From IMG/VR virus record IMGVR_UViG_3300037743_000469, positions 1 to 37,665 of that record: 37,665 nucleotides of DNA, one strand, 5' to 3'. The notes beneath the pieces are model-generated. The model had not been told where the DNA came from. It searched no databases and saw only the letters and a program-made list of their open reading frames with translations. A program made the translations under genes and the position numbers. This DNA comes from a virus (taxonomy: Duplodnaviria > Caudoviricetes). Below, in pieces: positions 1 through 7,864 of this stretch (its first letter is position 1; every line of letters begins with the position of its first letter).

Positions 1-354
1 TCATGTGGTCCATCCTTCTAACCGTTCTGGCTCGTTTGGTGCGGGGGCTGGCAACGACGCGCCGTGCATCATCACCGCATCGACCATGCGCTCCACGGAG
101 AGCACTGCGAGTTCGGGCAGGGGCATCCCGTCGGACCGTGGCCATCGTGCGGTCAGGTACAGCTCTACGAGGTCGCGCTCCGCCAGGGAGCGCACGGCAC
201 GATCCACCGACCGGCGCTGTGTGTCGGCGTACCCGACCCCGAAGATGCGCTCGGTCAGGTCGGCGACGAACCAGGGCGTCTCCCCGTCCGGCCCGGGACC
301 TCCGTCAACGAGATCCAGGATCTCCCGCTGTAGCTTCCCCATCCCTCTGCCCAT
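1..354 (-). CDS. Hypothetical protein, probable winged-helix DNA-binding fold (117 aa)
   Basis: 3' part of ORF 1..651; ATG at 354 lies 7 nt after a TACACT -10 hexamer (leaderless); MGKLQREILDLV...VADLTERIF...RRSVDRAVRSLAERDLVE resembles wHTH. Confidence 0.55.
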   Translation of the reverse strand: MGRGMGKLQREILDLVDGGPGPDGETPWFVADLTERIFGVGYADTQRRSVDRAVRSLAERDLVELYLTARWPRSDGMPLPELAVLSVERMVDAVMMHGASLPAPAPNEPERLEGWTT

Positions 355-400
355 GGCTCTAAGTGTACCGTACGGCTGAGCTGCACTCCAGGCGGTACGC

Positions 401-550
401 TTAACGTGAGTCGTGTCTGGCCAGGTACTCCTCCAGTGCGGTGAGCACCAGCGCCGACATCGCCAGCCGCCGCTCCCGGGCGTACCTCTCCGCGCGCTCC
501 CACAGCGGCACGTCCTGGTCCCTGACGTAGACAGCCTTGGCCATACCCAT
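401..550 (-). CDS. Small ribbon-helix-helix (CopG/Arc-like) regulator, 49 aa, not in ORF track
   Basis: Manual translation MGMAKAVYVRDQDVPLWERAERYARERRLAMSALVLTALEEYLARHDSR; strand-helix-helix pattern typical of RHH; alternative start at 544. Confidence 0.7.
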   Translation of the reverse strand: MGMAKAVYVRDQDVPLWERAERYARERRLAMSALVLTALEEYLARHDSR

Positions 551-687
551 GATGGCAATCCCAGCTCTGCGGAGCCCTTCACAGAGTCTCGCATGCGGCG
601 TAACGTCGCGTGCAGGAAAGACAGCGGCCCCGGGCGGCGCGTTACCGCCAACCCGGGACCTTGGCCCCTAACTGGGAGGGACCCGAC

Positions 688-909
688 ATGACCCTACCGA
701 CCGGTTGGCATCGTTGCATCCGTTGCACGATCGCCAGCGAGCTTGATCCTCGCGGCATCTGCTGGCGCTGTTCACCAGACGTCGGAACGTGCGCAGTCTG
801 TAACGAACCCATGGAGCTGGTCGAAGATCCGGACTCCACCTATTGGGCGCACCTGGGCAACCCGGCCGGTGTTGAGCACGGCGCGACCGCCGGGCGGATC
901 GGCTCATGA
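688..909 (+). CDS. Cys-rich (zinc-binding) hypothetical protein
   Basis: ATG 688 after GGGAGG; three CxxC pairs; stop overlaps next start (ATGA). Confidence 0.6.
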   Translation: MTLPTGWHRCIRCTIASELDPRGICWRCSPDVGTCAVCNEPMELVEDPDSTYWAHLGNPAGVEHGATAGRIGS

Positions 910-1130
910 TTGTTCGGGTGGAGATCGTCAACGGCGACGAGGTCGCCCAGCGGATTGCGGAGATCCTGGCCAACAAGCTGGACAAGATCACAAATGTTGA
1001 CGACGTTGCGAATACTGATCTTGGCAGCGACGTCTACGAGCGGGAGACCAAGCCCGACCACGGGATGCCCTACCAGCGTGGCCTGCGCCACGGCACGGTC
1101 GACGAGTTCGGAACGGTGGTGCCGGAGTGA
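906..1130 (+). CDS. Hypothetical protein
   Basis: Translationally coupled to upstream ORF; followed by a hairpin. Confidence 0.6.
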   Translation: MIVRVEIVNGDEVAQRIAEILANKLDKITNVDDVANTDLGSDVYERETKPDHGMPYQRGLRHGTVDEFGTVVPE

Positions 1131-1158
1131 GCGCGATCATCCCGTAGCACCCATGCGG

Positions 1159-1191
1159 CCGGCCCTGCTCTCCACGGGGGAGCAGGGCCGG
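1159..1191. terminator. Bidirectional hairpin terminator between convergent genes
   Basis: CCGGCCCTGCTC...GAGCAGGGCCGG 12-bp perfect stem. Confidence 0.65.
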
Positions 1192-1209
1192 TTGCCGTCC
1201 GGGTTTGGT

Positions 1210-1758
1210 TCAGGTGAGTGACTCGTAGCCCATCGCGGCGGCCCGCTGCACCCGTTCCTGCTCGTCAGCAGGGTCAGGCCCGACCTGCCGGTACAGCGGC
1301 TCACCCCGGTAGCGCAGCTCGTCGAACGGCACGGCCAGGCGCACCCGCTGCCCTGCCTTGACCCCTCGGGCCTCCCGGAGCTGGTCGCCCAGCTCGCGTA
1401 CCGCCCGGTCGATCAGGTGACGATTCGCCTCCGAGTTCGTAACGCACCCGTGGTGGTACCTGATCCGGAATAGATCGCTCGGGACGGGGTGGTCGTAGCC
1501 GGCGGCCAGCTCCAGCACGTTCGCCCCGCGGGCGCCAACCCTGTCCAACTCCGACGCGACGTACAGGACGACGGTGATGAAGGCGAGCGCGTAGCCCCGG
1601 CAGTCCACCGGCTCCGGGATCACCGGAGGGCGCGGCTTCGGGCCGGGCCTGCGCGCCCGGTTCCAGCTTGATGGGCCGGTGTCGCCCCGCTGGCGCGCCC
1701 GGTAGCGGCGCATTCTCTCCGCTGCGGTCATCGGACCCTGGTTACGAACCTCAGCCAT
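1210..1758 (-). CDS. Hypothetical protein with basic N-terminal helix (MTAAERMRRYRARQR), possible DNA-binding
   Basis: ATG 1758 lies 7 nt after TGC-TACCGT (leaderless promoter); GC3-rich frame. Confidence 0.6.
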   Translation of the reverse strand: MAEVRNQGPMTAAERMRRYRARQRGDTGPSSWNRARRPGPKPRPPVIPEPVDCRGYALAFITVVLYVASELDRVGARGANVLELAAGYDHPVPSDLFRIRYHHGCVTNSEANRHLIDRAVRELGDQLREARGVKAGQRVRLAVPFDELRYRGEPLYRQVGPDPADEQERVQRAAAMGYESLT

Positions 1759-1767
1759 GTTCGTAAC
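1741..1767. promoter_or_regulatory. Operator-like inverted repeat over the start codon of 1210..1758
   Basis: GTTACGAAC-N9-GTTCGTAAC; a third half-site GTTCGTAAC at 1435-1443. Confidence 0.5.
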
Positions 1768-1773
1768 GGTAGC

Positions 1774-1808
1774 ACGGCCCGGCCCCCCTGGCAAGGGAAC
1801 CGGGCCGT
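1774..1808 (-). terminator. Hairpin ending the leftward operon
   Basis: ACGGCCCGG...CCGGGCCGT stem just after the stop at 1824. Confidence 0.5.
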
Positions 1809-1823
1809 AGCACCGGACAAGGG

Positions 1824-2411
1824 CTACCCGTCACCCGATCTGGCGGCGGCCAGCCGCATGACCTCGTCCGAGAGCCGGAGCAGCCGACCGGCCATGCGGA
1901 CGGGCATCAACCTCGTGTTGTTGACGGCCAGGTACGTGTGGCTCTGGATCTCCTGAAACTCAGGCAGCAGCCGCGTGATCTCCGGCCAGCTGCCCTCCGG
2001 GATGCCCGCCCCGGTCTCCGTGTCGGTAACCCCGCGCCACTCCGCGCTCGGGATCTCCCGCTCGATGACGTACCACGAGCTCGACGTGCGCGCGGAGGCG
2101 TAGTGCAACCTCGCCATCGCCTCCGGCGTGGCGCCGTGCTGCCGGGCGAACCACTTCCACCGGGTTGCCTCGGCGCGGGACAGCCGCACGGCGAACCTGA
2201 CCCCCATCTTGTCCAGGCCGACCTCGTTGGGTGAGGACGGATGCCGCTCCCGCCGGGAATCCTTGCGCGGGTCGTCGGTCAACCAGACCACCCGGGGCTC
2301 ACCGGCCCGGGGGAAGTCCAGCTCAGAGAAGGTGGTGCGCAGCCGCTGTTCCGACAGGATCGACGGCAGGTAGAAGGGTGCCGTGAAGTGGTAAAGGGTG
2401 ATCATGCTCAC
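1824..2411 (-). CDS. ADP-ribosyltransferase-fold protein (DarT/Tpt1-like N-terminal motif), putative toxin or effector
   Basis: LYHFTAPFYLPSILSEQRL followed by VVWLT and a late WYVIEREIP strand; GGAGGAG RBS; GTGA overlap with upstream gene. Confidence 0.55.
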   Translation of the reverse strand: MSMITLYHFTAPFYLPSILSEQRLRTTFSELDFPRAGEPRVVWLTDDPRKDSRRERHPSSPNEVGLDKMGVRFAVRLSRAEATRWKWFARQHGATPEAMARLHYASARTSSSWYVIEREIPSAEWRGVTDTETGAGIPEGSWPEITRLLPEFQEIQSHTYLAVNNTRLMPVRMAGRLLRLSDEVMRLAAARSGDG

Positions 2412-3238
2412 GATGTCTCCTCCAGGCTGTCAGCGGCCGCCTGCAGCCGGGGCAGGTCACGGGCCTCCTGCTCGAGCACCGCCCGGTACGCGGACGTGTC
2501 CCAGTACGCGTCGACCGCGTCGGTGAACAGCTGGTGCAGGTCGTCCGGGTCGAGCGCGTCCAGCTCCACCTGCACCAGCGCGCCGTGCCGGGCGATGAAC
2601 CCGGCCGCCCGCGAGTCGGTGAGCTTGCCCGGGTTGACCGGCAGCCTGTACTCCTGGACCTGCTCGGCGGACAGTGCGACCCGCACCACCTTCGACCAGC
2701 AGCCGGTGCGGTCCAGGAAGTCCCGGTCGATGTCCTCCCCGGACGGGTCGAAGTCACCGGCGTACAGCAGCACCGCCGGCCGCTCGGCGCCCGACACGTC
2801 CACGACCACGTCGCCCACGTAGCTCTGCGACGAGTAGCCGCCCAGGGCCAGGATCGGGATGCCGAGGTCGCCGAACCAGTGCTCCAACTGGTCGACCATG
2901 CCGGCCTTCTCCACCCCGAGGTAGAGGGACACGTCCTGGCCACAGGTCCGGTCCAGCCGGTACCAGCCGATCAGCCGGGCCATCGCATCCTCCGGGCTGT
3001 CGGACTGCTGGTAGCGGTGGATGGCCCGGCCACGGTCGATCAGGTCGGGGAACTCGTCGGCGCGGCGGGCTTCGGCGGTGACCCTGGACAGGCCCTTGTA
3101 CGCGGTGGTGGTGTTCGGCAGGACCTGCTGGGAGACCAGCCGGTAGAACAGCTGGCGCAGGGTCACCGACGTGTCGTAGGAACGCACGATGACGGAGGCC
3201 CGGTCGAGGATGGCCGGCCAGTCGATGCGGCGGCTCAT
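2408..3238 (-). CDS. Topoisomerase VI subunit A/Spo11-like (Mini-A type) WHD-TOPRIM protein
   Basis: TLRQLFYRL (catalytic Tyr region), VEK, GGYSS and LLYAGDFDPSGEDI (DxD) motifs; ELDAL at C-terminus. Confidence 0.8.
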   Translation of the reverse strand: MSRRIDWPAILDRASVIVRSYDTSVTLRQLFYRLVSQQVLPNTTTAYKGLSRVTAEARRADEFPDLIDRGRAIHRYQQSDSPEDAMARLIGWYRLDRTCGQDVSLYLGVEKAGMVDQLEHWFGDLGIPILALGGYSSQSYVGDVVVDVSGAERPAVLLYAGDFDPSGEDIDRDFLDRTGCWSKVVRVALSAEQVQEYRLPVNPGKLTDSRAAGFIARHGALVQVELDALDPDDLHQLFTDAVDAYWDTSAYRAVLEQEARDLPRLQAAADSLEETS

Positions 3239-3573
3239 GACGTCGCCCCGTTCGACTCCGCCACGTCCGCGGCGACGAGCAGCGCCGCCGCCACCTCCCG
3301 CGCCGTCTGTGCGGTCATCAGCTCGCCGCCGTCGACGGTGACCTCGGCGGGCCCGCGGGTGCCGGCGGTCAGGTCGTCGGTGATCGCCACGGACACCGCC
3401 ACCGTCTTACCCTCACCGCAGGACGGGTTGGGGAGGGTGATGATCGTGCATGCGTGGGTGCGCAGATCGAACACGGTGAATCCGTCGGCGCTGACGTACC
3501 GGTCGAAGCGGTCGTGCCTGGCATGGTCAGTCGTGCACCACGCCGGGCAGGGGAGTGTGGTTGGCTTGGACAT
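3235..3573 (-). CDS. DUF6907-like actinobacterial hypothetical protein
   Basis: CPAWCTTDH start and C-terminal AREVAAALLVAAD helix; GGAGG RBS; ATGA overlap with next gene. Confidence 0.6.
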   Translation of the reverse strand: MSKPTTLPCPAWCTTDHARHDRFDRYVSADGFTVFDLRTHACTIITLPNPSCGEGKTVAVSVAITDDLTAGTRGPAEVTVDGGELMTAQTAREVAAALLVAADVAESNGATS

Positions 3574-3637
3574 TGGGGACCTCCATGGGGTCTCCAGGCC
3601 CTGGGACCGGTGCGGAACACACCACCCGGGGCCGCTC
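3574..3637 (-). promoter_or_regulatory. Structured 5' leader: GC hairpin plus SD-sequestering hairpin
   Basis: Minus strand AGCGGCCCCGGGTGGTGTGTTCCGCACCGGTCCCAGGGCC TGGA GACCCCATGGAGGTC CCCA ATG. Confidence 0.5.
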
Positions 3638-3705
3638 TAGTAGATGAGGTCCAGCCTGACCTTTGCACTGGCGAATGTCAAGGTGGATCGTGTTTAATGT
3701 TCGGC

Positions 3706-5133
3706 ATGACCACCGCAGCCGCAATCTACGCCAGGATCAGCCGGGACCGTGAGGGCAGGGAGACCGGTGTCGCCCGACAGGAGGCTGAATGCCGCGAGCT
3801 TGCCGGCCGGCTCGGCGCCGAGGTGGTCCAGGTGCTCGTCGACAACGACACGTCCGCGAGCGCGAAGTCCCGCCGGCCGCGCCCGGCGTACGCCGCGCTG
3901 CTCGACGGGGCCCGGGCCGGCCGGTGGACGCTGATCATCGCCTGGTCGTCCAGCCGGCTCACCCGCCGGCCGCTGGAGCTGGAGTCACAGATCCAGCTGG
4001 CCGAGCAGCACGGCATCCGCTACGCGTACCAGAAATCGCCGTCCTTCGATCTGAACATCGCCCAGGGGAGGATGGTCGCCCGGATGCTCGCCGCGGCGGA
4101 CGCGGCCGAGGCGGAGACGACCGCCGAGCGGATCGAGGCGCAGAAGCGGCAGGCGGCCGCGGCCGGTCGGTGGCGCGGTGGGCCGAGGCCGTATGGCTAC
4201 CAGCCGGGAGCGGTCACCCTGGAGCCGGTCGAGGCGGCCAACGTCGCCTGGGCGACCCGCGAGGTGCTGCTGGGCGCCAGCCTGCGCTCACTGGCGGCCG
4301 AGCTGAACCAGCGCGGCGCCACCACCTCCACCGGCCGGGGCTGGACCGCCACCGAGCTCCGGCGGGTGCTGCTGCGCGCCCGCAACGCCGGGCTGGTCGA
4401 GTCACGGGGCGAGATCGTCGGCGAGGCGATCTGGCCGGCGGTCGTCGACAGGGCGAAGTGGGAGGCAGCCTGCCGTGTCCTGCTTGATCCAGGCCGGCGG
4501 GTCAACCAGACCAACAACGCGCGGCGCTGGCTCGGCTCTGGTCTCTTCTTGTGTGGGGCGTGCCTGCCGGACAAGATCACCGTCCGCTGCAGCATGTCTG
4601 GATCCGGCCGAGCCGCTGCAGCACCAACCTATTTCTGCCGCAAGATCAAGCATCTTGTCCGCCATGCTGTGCTCACCGACCAGACGGTCAAGAAGGCCGT
4701 GCTCGGCTGGATCTCCCGGCCGGAGGTGGCGCAGCAGTTGGTGGTCCGGGAAGGTGTCGATGTCGAGGCGCTGGACCGGCGGGAGCGGGAGATCGGAAAC
4801 CAGCTCGATGAGCTGGAGGAGATGTACACCGCGCGGACCTGGACCCGGGCTCGGGTGGAGAAGATCGCGGCGAAGCTGAACGCCGAGCTGGACGGGATCC
4901 AGGAGCAGCGGGTGCAGGCCGCGGCCGGCCACCCCGCCGCCGTGCTTATCGGCGCCGCCGACATCGAGGCCGCGTTCGAGTCGCTCGACATCAGCCGGCG
5001 GCAGGTGATCGTCGACGCGCTCTGCACCGTCGTCCTGCTGCCTGCTCCACGGGGCCGGCCTGCCGGCTGGCGGCCCGGCGAGCACTACTTCGACCCACGG
5101 GCAGTGCAGATCGAGTGGCGGAAAGTAGTGTGA
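3706..5133 (+). CDS. int: Large serine recombinase (phage integrase)
   Basis: IYARIS catalytic motif, SRLTR, GGPRPYGY recombinase domain, zinc-ribbon (CGAC...YFC), coiled coil; ATG 3706 follows TAATGT. Confidence 0.95.
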   Translation: MTTAAAIYARISRDREGRETGVARQEAECRELAGRLGAEVVQVLVDNDTSASAKSRRPRPAYAALLDGARAGRWTLIIAWSSSRLTRRPLELESQIQLAEQHGIRYAYQKSPSFDLNIAQGRMVARMLAAADAAEAETTAERIEAQKRQAAAAGRWRGGPRPYGYQPGAVTLEPVEAANVAWATREVLLGASLRSLAAELNQRGATTSTGRGWTATELRRVLLRARNAGLVESRGEIVGEAIWPAVVDRAKWEAACRVLLDPGRRVNQTNNARRWLGSGLFLCGACLPDKITVRCSMSGSGRAAAAPTYFCRKIKHLVRHAVLTDQTVKKAVLGWISRPEVAQQLVVREGVDVEALDRREREIGNQLDELEEMYTARTWTRARVEKIAAKLNAELDGIQEQRVQAAAGHPAAVLIGAADIEAAFESLDISRRQVIVDALCTVVLLPAPRGRPAGWRPGEHYFDPRAVQIEWRKVV

Positions 5134-5332
5134 CCAGCGCCACATTCTACGGATGCGCCGCTGCGGTCTGTGGACGGTCTGTGGATAGCGCAGCCCGAAT
5201 CATGACAGGGCCGTGCAACACGGACAGCTCGTTCGTACACACCCTGGGGATAACTACACCGTGGCGTCAGCCGATCACGAACACAGCCTGCCCACCGGTG
5301 GCCGGGGTTGTGAGAGACTAGTGCGCGAACGA

Positions 5333-5363
5333 AGAACGGAGCCGCCGCTTGGGCGGCCCCGTT
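5333..5363. terminator. Hairpin downstream of integrase
   Basis: GAACGG-A-GCCGCC gcttg GGCGGC-C-CCGTTC. Confidence 0.5.
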
Positions 5364-5436
5364 CCCTACAACAAGCCTGAGGGTTCCAGACCTGTACCGT
5401 CCAGCGTTCCAGCGCTGCCCGGCACGTAACACGCTA

Positions 5437-5461
5437 TCTTGTCACGTTCGCCGTGACAAGA
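5437..5461. promoter_or_regulatory. Perfect 10-bp inverted repeat (operator or att arm)
   Basis: TCTTGTCACG-ttcgc-CGTGACAAGA upstream of the early operon. Confidence 0.5.
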
Positions 5462-5526
5462 CTGCGTATGAGTTTCCGCTGTTTAGCGGACAGGTCTCTC
5501 GCCCCGCAGGGTGAGGAGACCATCCC

Positions 5527-5862
5527 GTGGCCGCCCGTGATCCTGACGTCCGGCGCGCTGGCGCCCAGCTGGCCGGCGCCGTTCATGTTGCCGGGCTCGA
5601 CGCTGAAGGCCGCCGAGCCATGAACTCGGCGGCCCGCGCCGCGCTCGCCCGCAAGTACCTCGACCTCGCAAGGGAGCAGCTCGGCCCCGACGCCGCCACC
5701 GCGGACGTCGACCGGCGGGCAACAGACCTGCGCCGGGTTGACCTGCGCCGCGCCGCGCTCGCCTCCGCGCAGGCCCGAGCAGCACGTCGGGATGTCGAGG
5801 CCGCCGAGCAGCAGGCCGCCGAGTTGGACCAGCTGCTCGCGGCCGAGCAGGTACAGCCATGA
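5527..5862 (+). CDS. Helical hypothetical protein, first gene of early operon
   Basis: GAGGAG RBS inside a hairpin; ATGA overlap with ParB-N gene. Confidence 0.7.
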   Translation: MAARDPDVRRAGAQLAGAVHVAGLDAEGRRAMNSAARAALARKYLDLAREQLGPDAATADVDRRATDLRRVDLRRAALASAQARAARRDVEAAEQQAAELDQLLAAEQVQP

Positions 5863-6740
5863 CCGCGCGCGAGGTGCACCCGGTCGCCGACCTGTTCCCG
5901 ATGCTCGCCGACGACGAGTTGGCCGAGCTGGCCGCCGACATCCAGGAGCGCGGACTCCTCCAGCCGATCGTGCTCGACGCCGACGGCCGTGTGCTCGACG
6001 GCCGCAACCGGCTGGCCGCGTGCGAGCTGGCGGGCGTCCAGCCGCGGTTCATGACCTACGAAGGCGGCGACCCGGACGGGTACGCGCTCGCGGTCAACAT
6101 CGCACGCCGCCACCTCACCACTGGCGCGCGGGCGATCATCACTGAGCGCGCGCGTCGTCTGAACGACGGACCTCGATGGAAAACGCCAAAACTGGTGGTC
6201 GCCAACGAAGCTGGTCTATCCCCCCGACGCCTGGAAGAGGCTGCGGTGGTACTCGACTGGTGCGACGCGGCCACAATCAACGAGGTCCTCGCCGGCACCA
6301 AGCCACTGTCCAGGGCAGTCGAGGTCGCCCGGCGGTTGAAGAAGGAAGACGCCGACCGCGAGGCCAAGAAGACCAGCCTGCGCGAAGGCGCGCCCGACCT
6401 GCTCGCCCGGGTCGGCGAAGGACTCGACCTAGACGACGCCATGGCCGCGCTCAAGGCACGCGAAGACAAGGCCCGACAGGAAGCCGAAGCCCAGCGGACC
6501 GAGGAAAACAGGCGGGCGGCCGAAGCCGCAGCCAAAGCCGCGCGCATCTCCGAATCCCTGCGCATGGCCGTCAACACCCTCATCAAAGGCTTCGGCACCG
6601 CCGAGCTACGCCAGCAGATCGCCGACAGCTACGTCCCCACAGACGTGGGCTCGGAAGTCAACCAGAACATCACCGCCGCCGAACTGGCGACAGCCGCCGC
6701 AGTTTGCAGCGACCTGGCCAACCGATGGGAAACACCATGA
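5859..6740 (+). CDS. ParB N-terminal (ParB/Srx) domain protein with HTH and coiled coil
   Basis: HPVADLFPML...LAADIQERGLLQPIVL...VLDGRNRLAAC. Confidence 0.85.
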   Translation: MTAREVHPVADLFPMLADDELAELAADIQERGLLQPIVLDADGRVLDGRNRLAACELAGVQPRFMTYEGGDPDGYALAVNIARRHLTTGARAIITERARRLNDGPRWKTPKLVVANEAGLSPRRLEEAAVVLDWCDAATINEVLAGTKPLSRAVEVARRLKKEDADREAKKTSLREGAPDLLARVGEGLDLDDAMAALKAREDKARQEAEAQRTEENRRAAEAAAKAARISESLRMAVNTLIKGFGTAELRQQIADSYVPTDVGSEVNQNITAAELATAAAVCSDLANRWETP

Positions 6741-7294
6741 CCACCAATGATCAGGAACAGCCCAAGCCGACACCCGAAGAGCGTGCGCTGGAGCTGTACC
6801 GCCAGTACATGGCCAAGCGCAAAGGCGACGTGCCGCTGTCGGTGGTCAAGGATCACATCGTTCAGGAACTCGCCGCCGAGATCAAAGACGGGGAGGCCGT
6901 CGACGATCCCAAGACCCGGGCGGCCAAGGCGTTCGCTGCGGTGGACAGCGACGAACGGCAGCGGGCGAACGAACAGATGCGCACCGGCCAAGCCTCGTTC
7001 GACCTTGGCGAGTACGACCTGATCGTTGCGCTTGCAGGGCTTGAGGAAGTCGAGGACGAGGACGGGTCGACCACCACGAAGTACTCACGCAAGAACACCG
7101 CCCGGTGCCGCATCGGAACCATCGGCATGGACGAGTACTTGCGTTGGGACTTCTTGCAGGACGCGAACCGGCGCTCGGCCAACGAGGCGTACGACCGTGG
7201 CAAGGCGCGGTTTGCCCCCTACCTGCCGTTCTTCCAGCGCGGGCTGACGATCGAGGAAATCGACGCACAGGGTTTTGTGCGGAGGGCCGACTGA
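6737..7294 (+). CDS. Hypothetical protein coupled to ParB-N gene
   Basis: ATGA overlap at 6737-6740; MTTNDQEQPKPTPEERALELYRQY... Confidence 0.7.
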   Translation: MTTNDQEQPKPTPEERALELYRQYMAKRKGDVPLSVVKDHIVQELAAEIKDGEAVDDPKTRAAKAFAAVDSDERQRANEQMRTGQASFDLGEYDLIVALAGLEEVEDEDGSTTTKYSRKNTARCRIGTIGMDEYLRWDFLQDANRRSANEAYDRGKARFAPYLPFFQRGLTIEEIDAQGFVRRAD

Positions 7295-7343
7295 TGGTGG
7301 TCCATGCTCCCATGCCCGAAGGCCAAACCCCGTGGAACACGCC

Positions 7344-7496
7344 ATGACCGCGATCGATGAGTACGCGGCCCGGCTGGTCGCCGCCGCACCTCCCCCGACA
7401 CCGGAGCAGCTCGCCGTCCTACGCGGGCTGCTGTGCCCCGTCCTGGCTGCAGCCCGGCCGGCTTCCAGATGCCGGCCGCGGCCCACCCGACCCTGA
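7344..7496 (+). CDS. Small hypothetical protein
   Basis: MTAIDEYAARLVAAAPPPTPEQLAVLRGLL, a pattern common in actinophage early regions. Confidence 0.6.
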   Translation: MTAIDEYAARLVAAAPPPTPEQLAVLRGLLCPVLAAARPASRCRPRPTRP

Positions 7497-7555
7497 ATGA
7501 CACGGGCCCGGGCCGTTGACGCGGCCCGGGCAGCTCCCTCGAAAGGACGCTTTGG

Positions 7556-7864
7556 ATGATACAGGAAACCTGCAGCGGGGGCCTGCGCACGCTGTGCACC
7601 GACTGCGGCATCGACACCCTCCCCGTGGACGCCCCGCAGGCCGAGTACTACATGATCCGGCGCGACCTGTGGCGACGCTACTGCCCCGACGCACAATTCC
7701 TCTGCATCGGCTGCCTTGAATCCCGGATCGGACGCGAGCTGACCGGCTGGGACTTCATCGACGCCCCGGTCAACGACCTTCGCCTCCACGAGGGCCGCTA
7801 CGCCTGGTCGTGGCGCACACCGCGGCTGGTCGACCGGCTCAGCCGGTGGGGTGGCACGCCATGA
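7556..7864 (+). CDS. Zinc-finger hypothetical protein
   Basis: CTDC...EYYMIRRDLW...LCIGCLESRIGRELTGWDF; GAAAGG RBS. Confidence 0.7.
   Translation: MIQETCSGGLRTLCTDCGIDTLPVDAPQAEYYMIRRDLWRRYCPDAQFLCIGCLESRIGRELTGWDFIDAPVNDLRLHEGRYAWSWRTPRLVDRLSRWGGTP

Noticed and set aside
2534-3640. Long antisense/alternate-frame ORFs (e.g. 2534..3640, 11677..12705, 17550..18602, 24879..26141, 27774..28946)
   Set aside because: Shadow ORFs expected at high GC; they overlap motif-bearing genes and show no motifs
3454-3705. Extended N-termini in the ORF track (integrase from 3454; also 7851, 10686, 21551, 32166, 33212)
   Set aside because: They overlap other genes; domain starts and SD or leaderless signals indicate later starts
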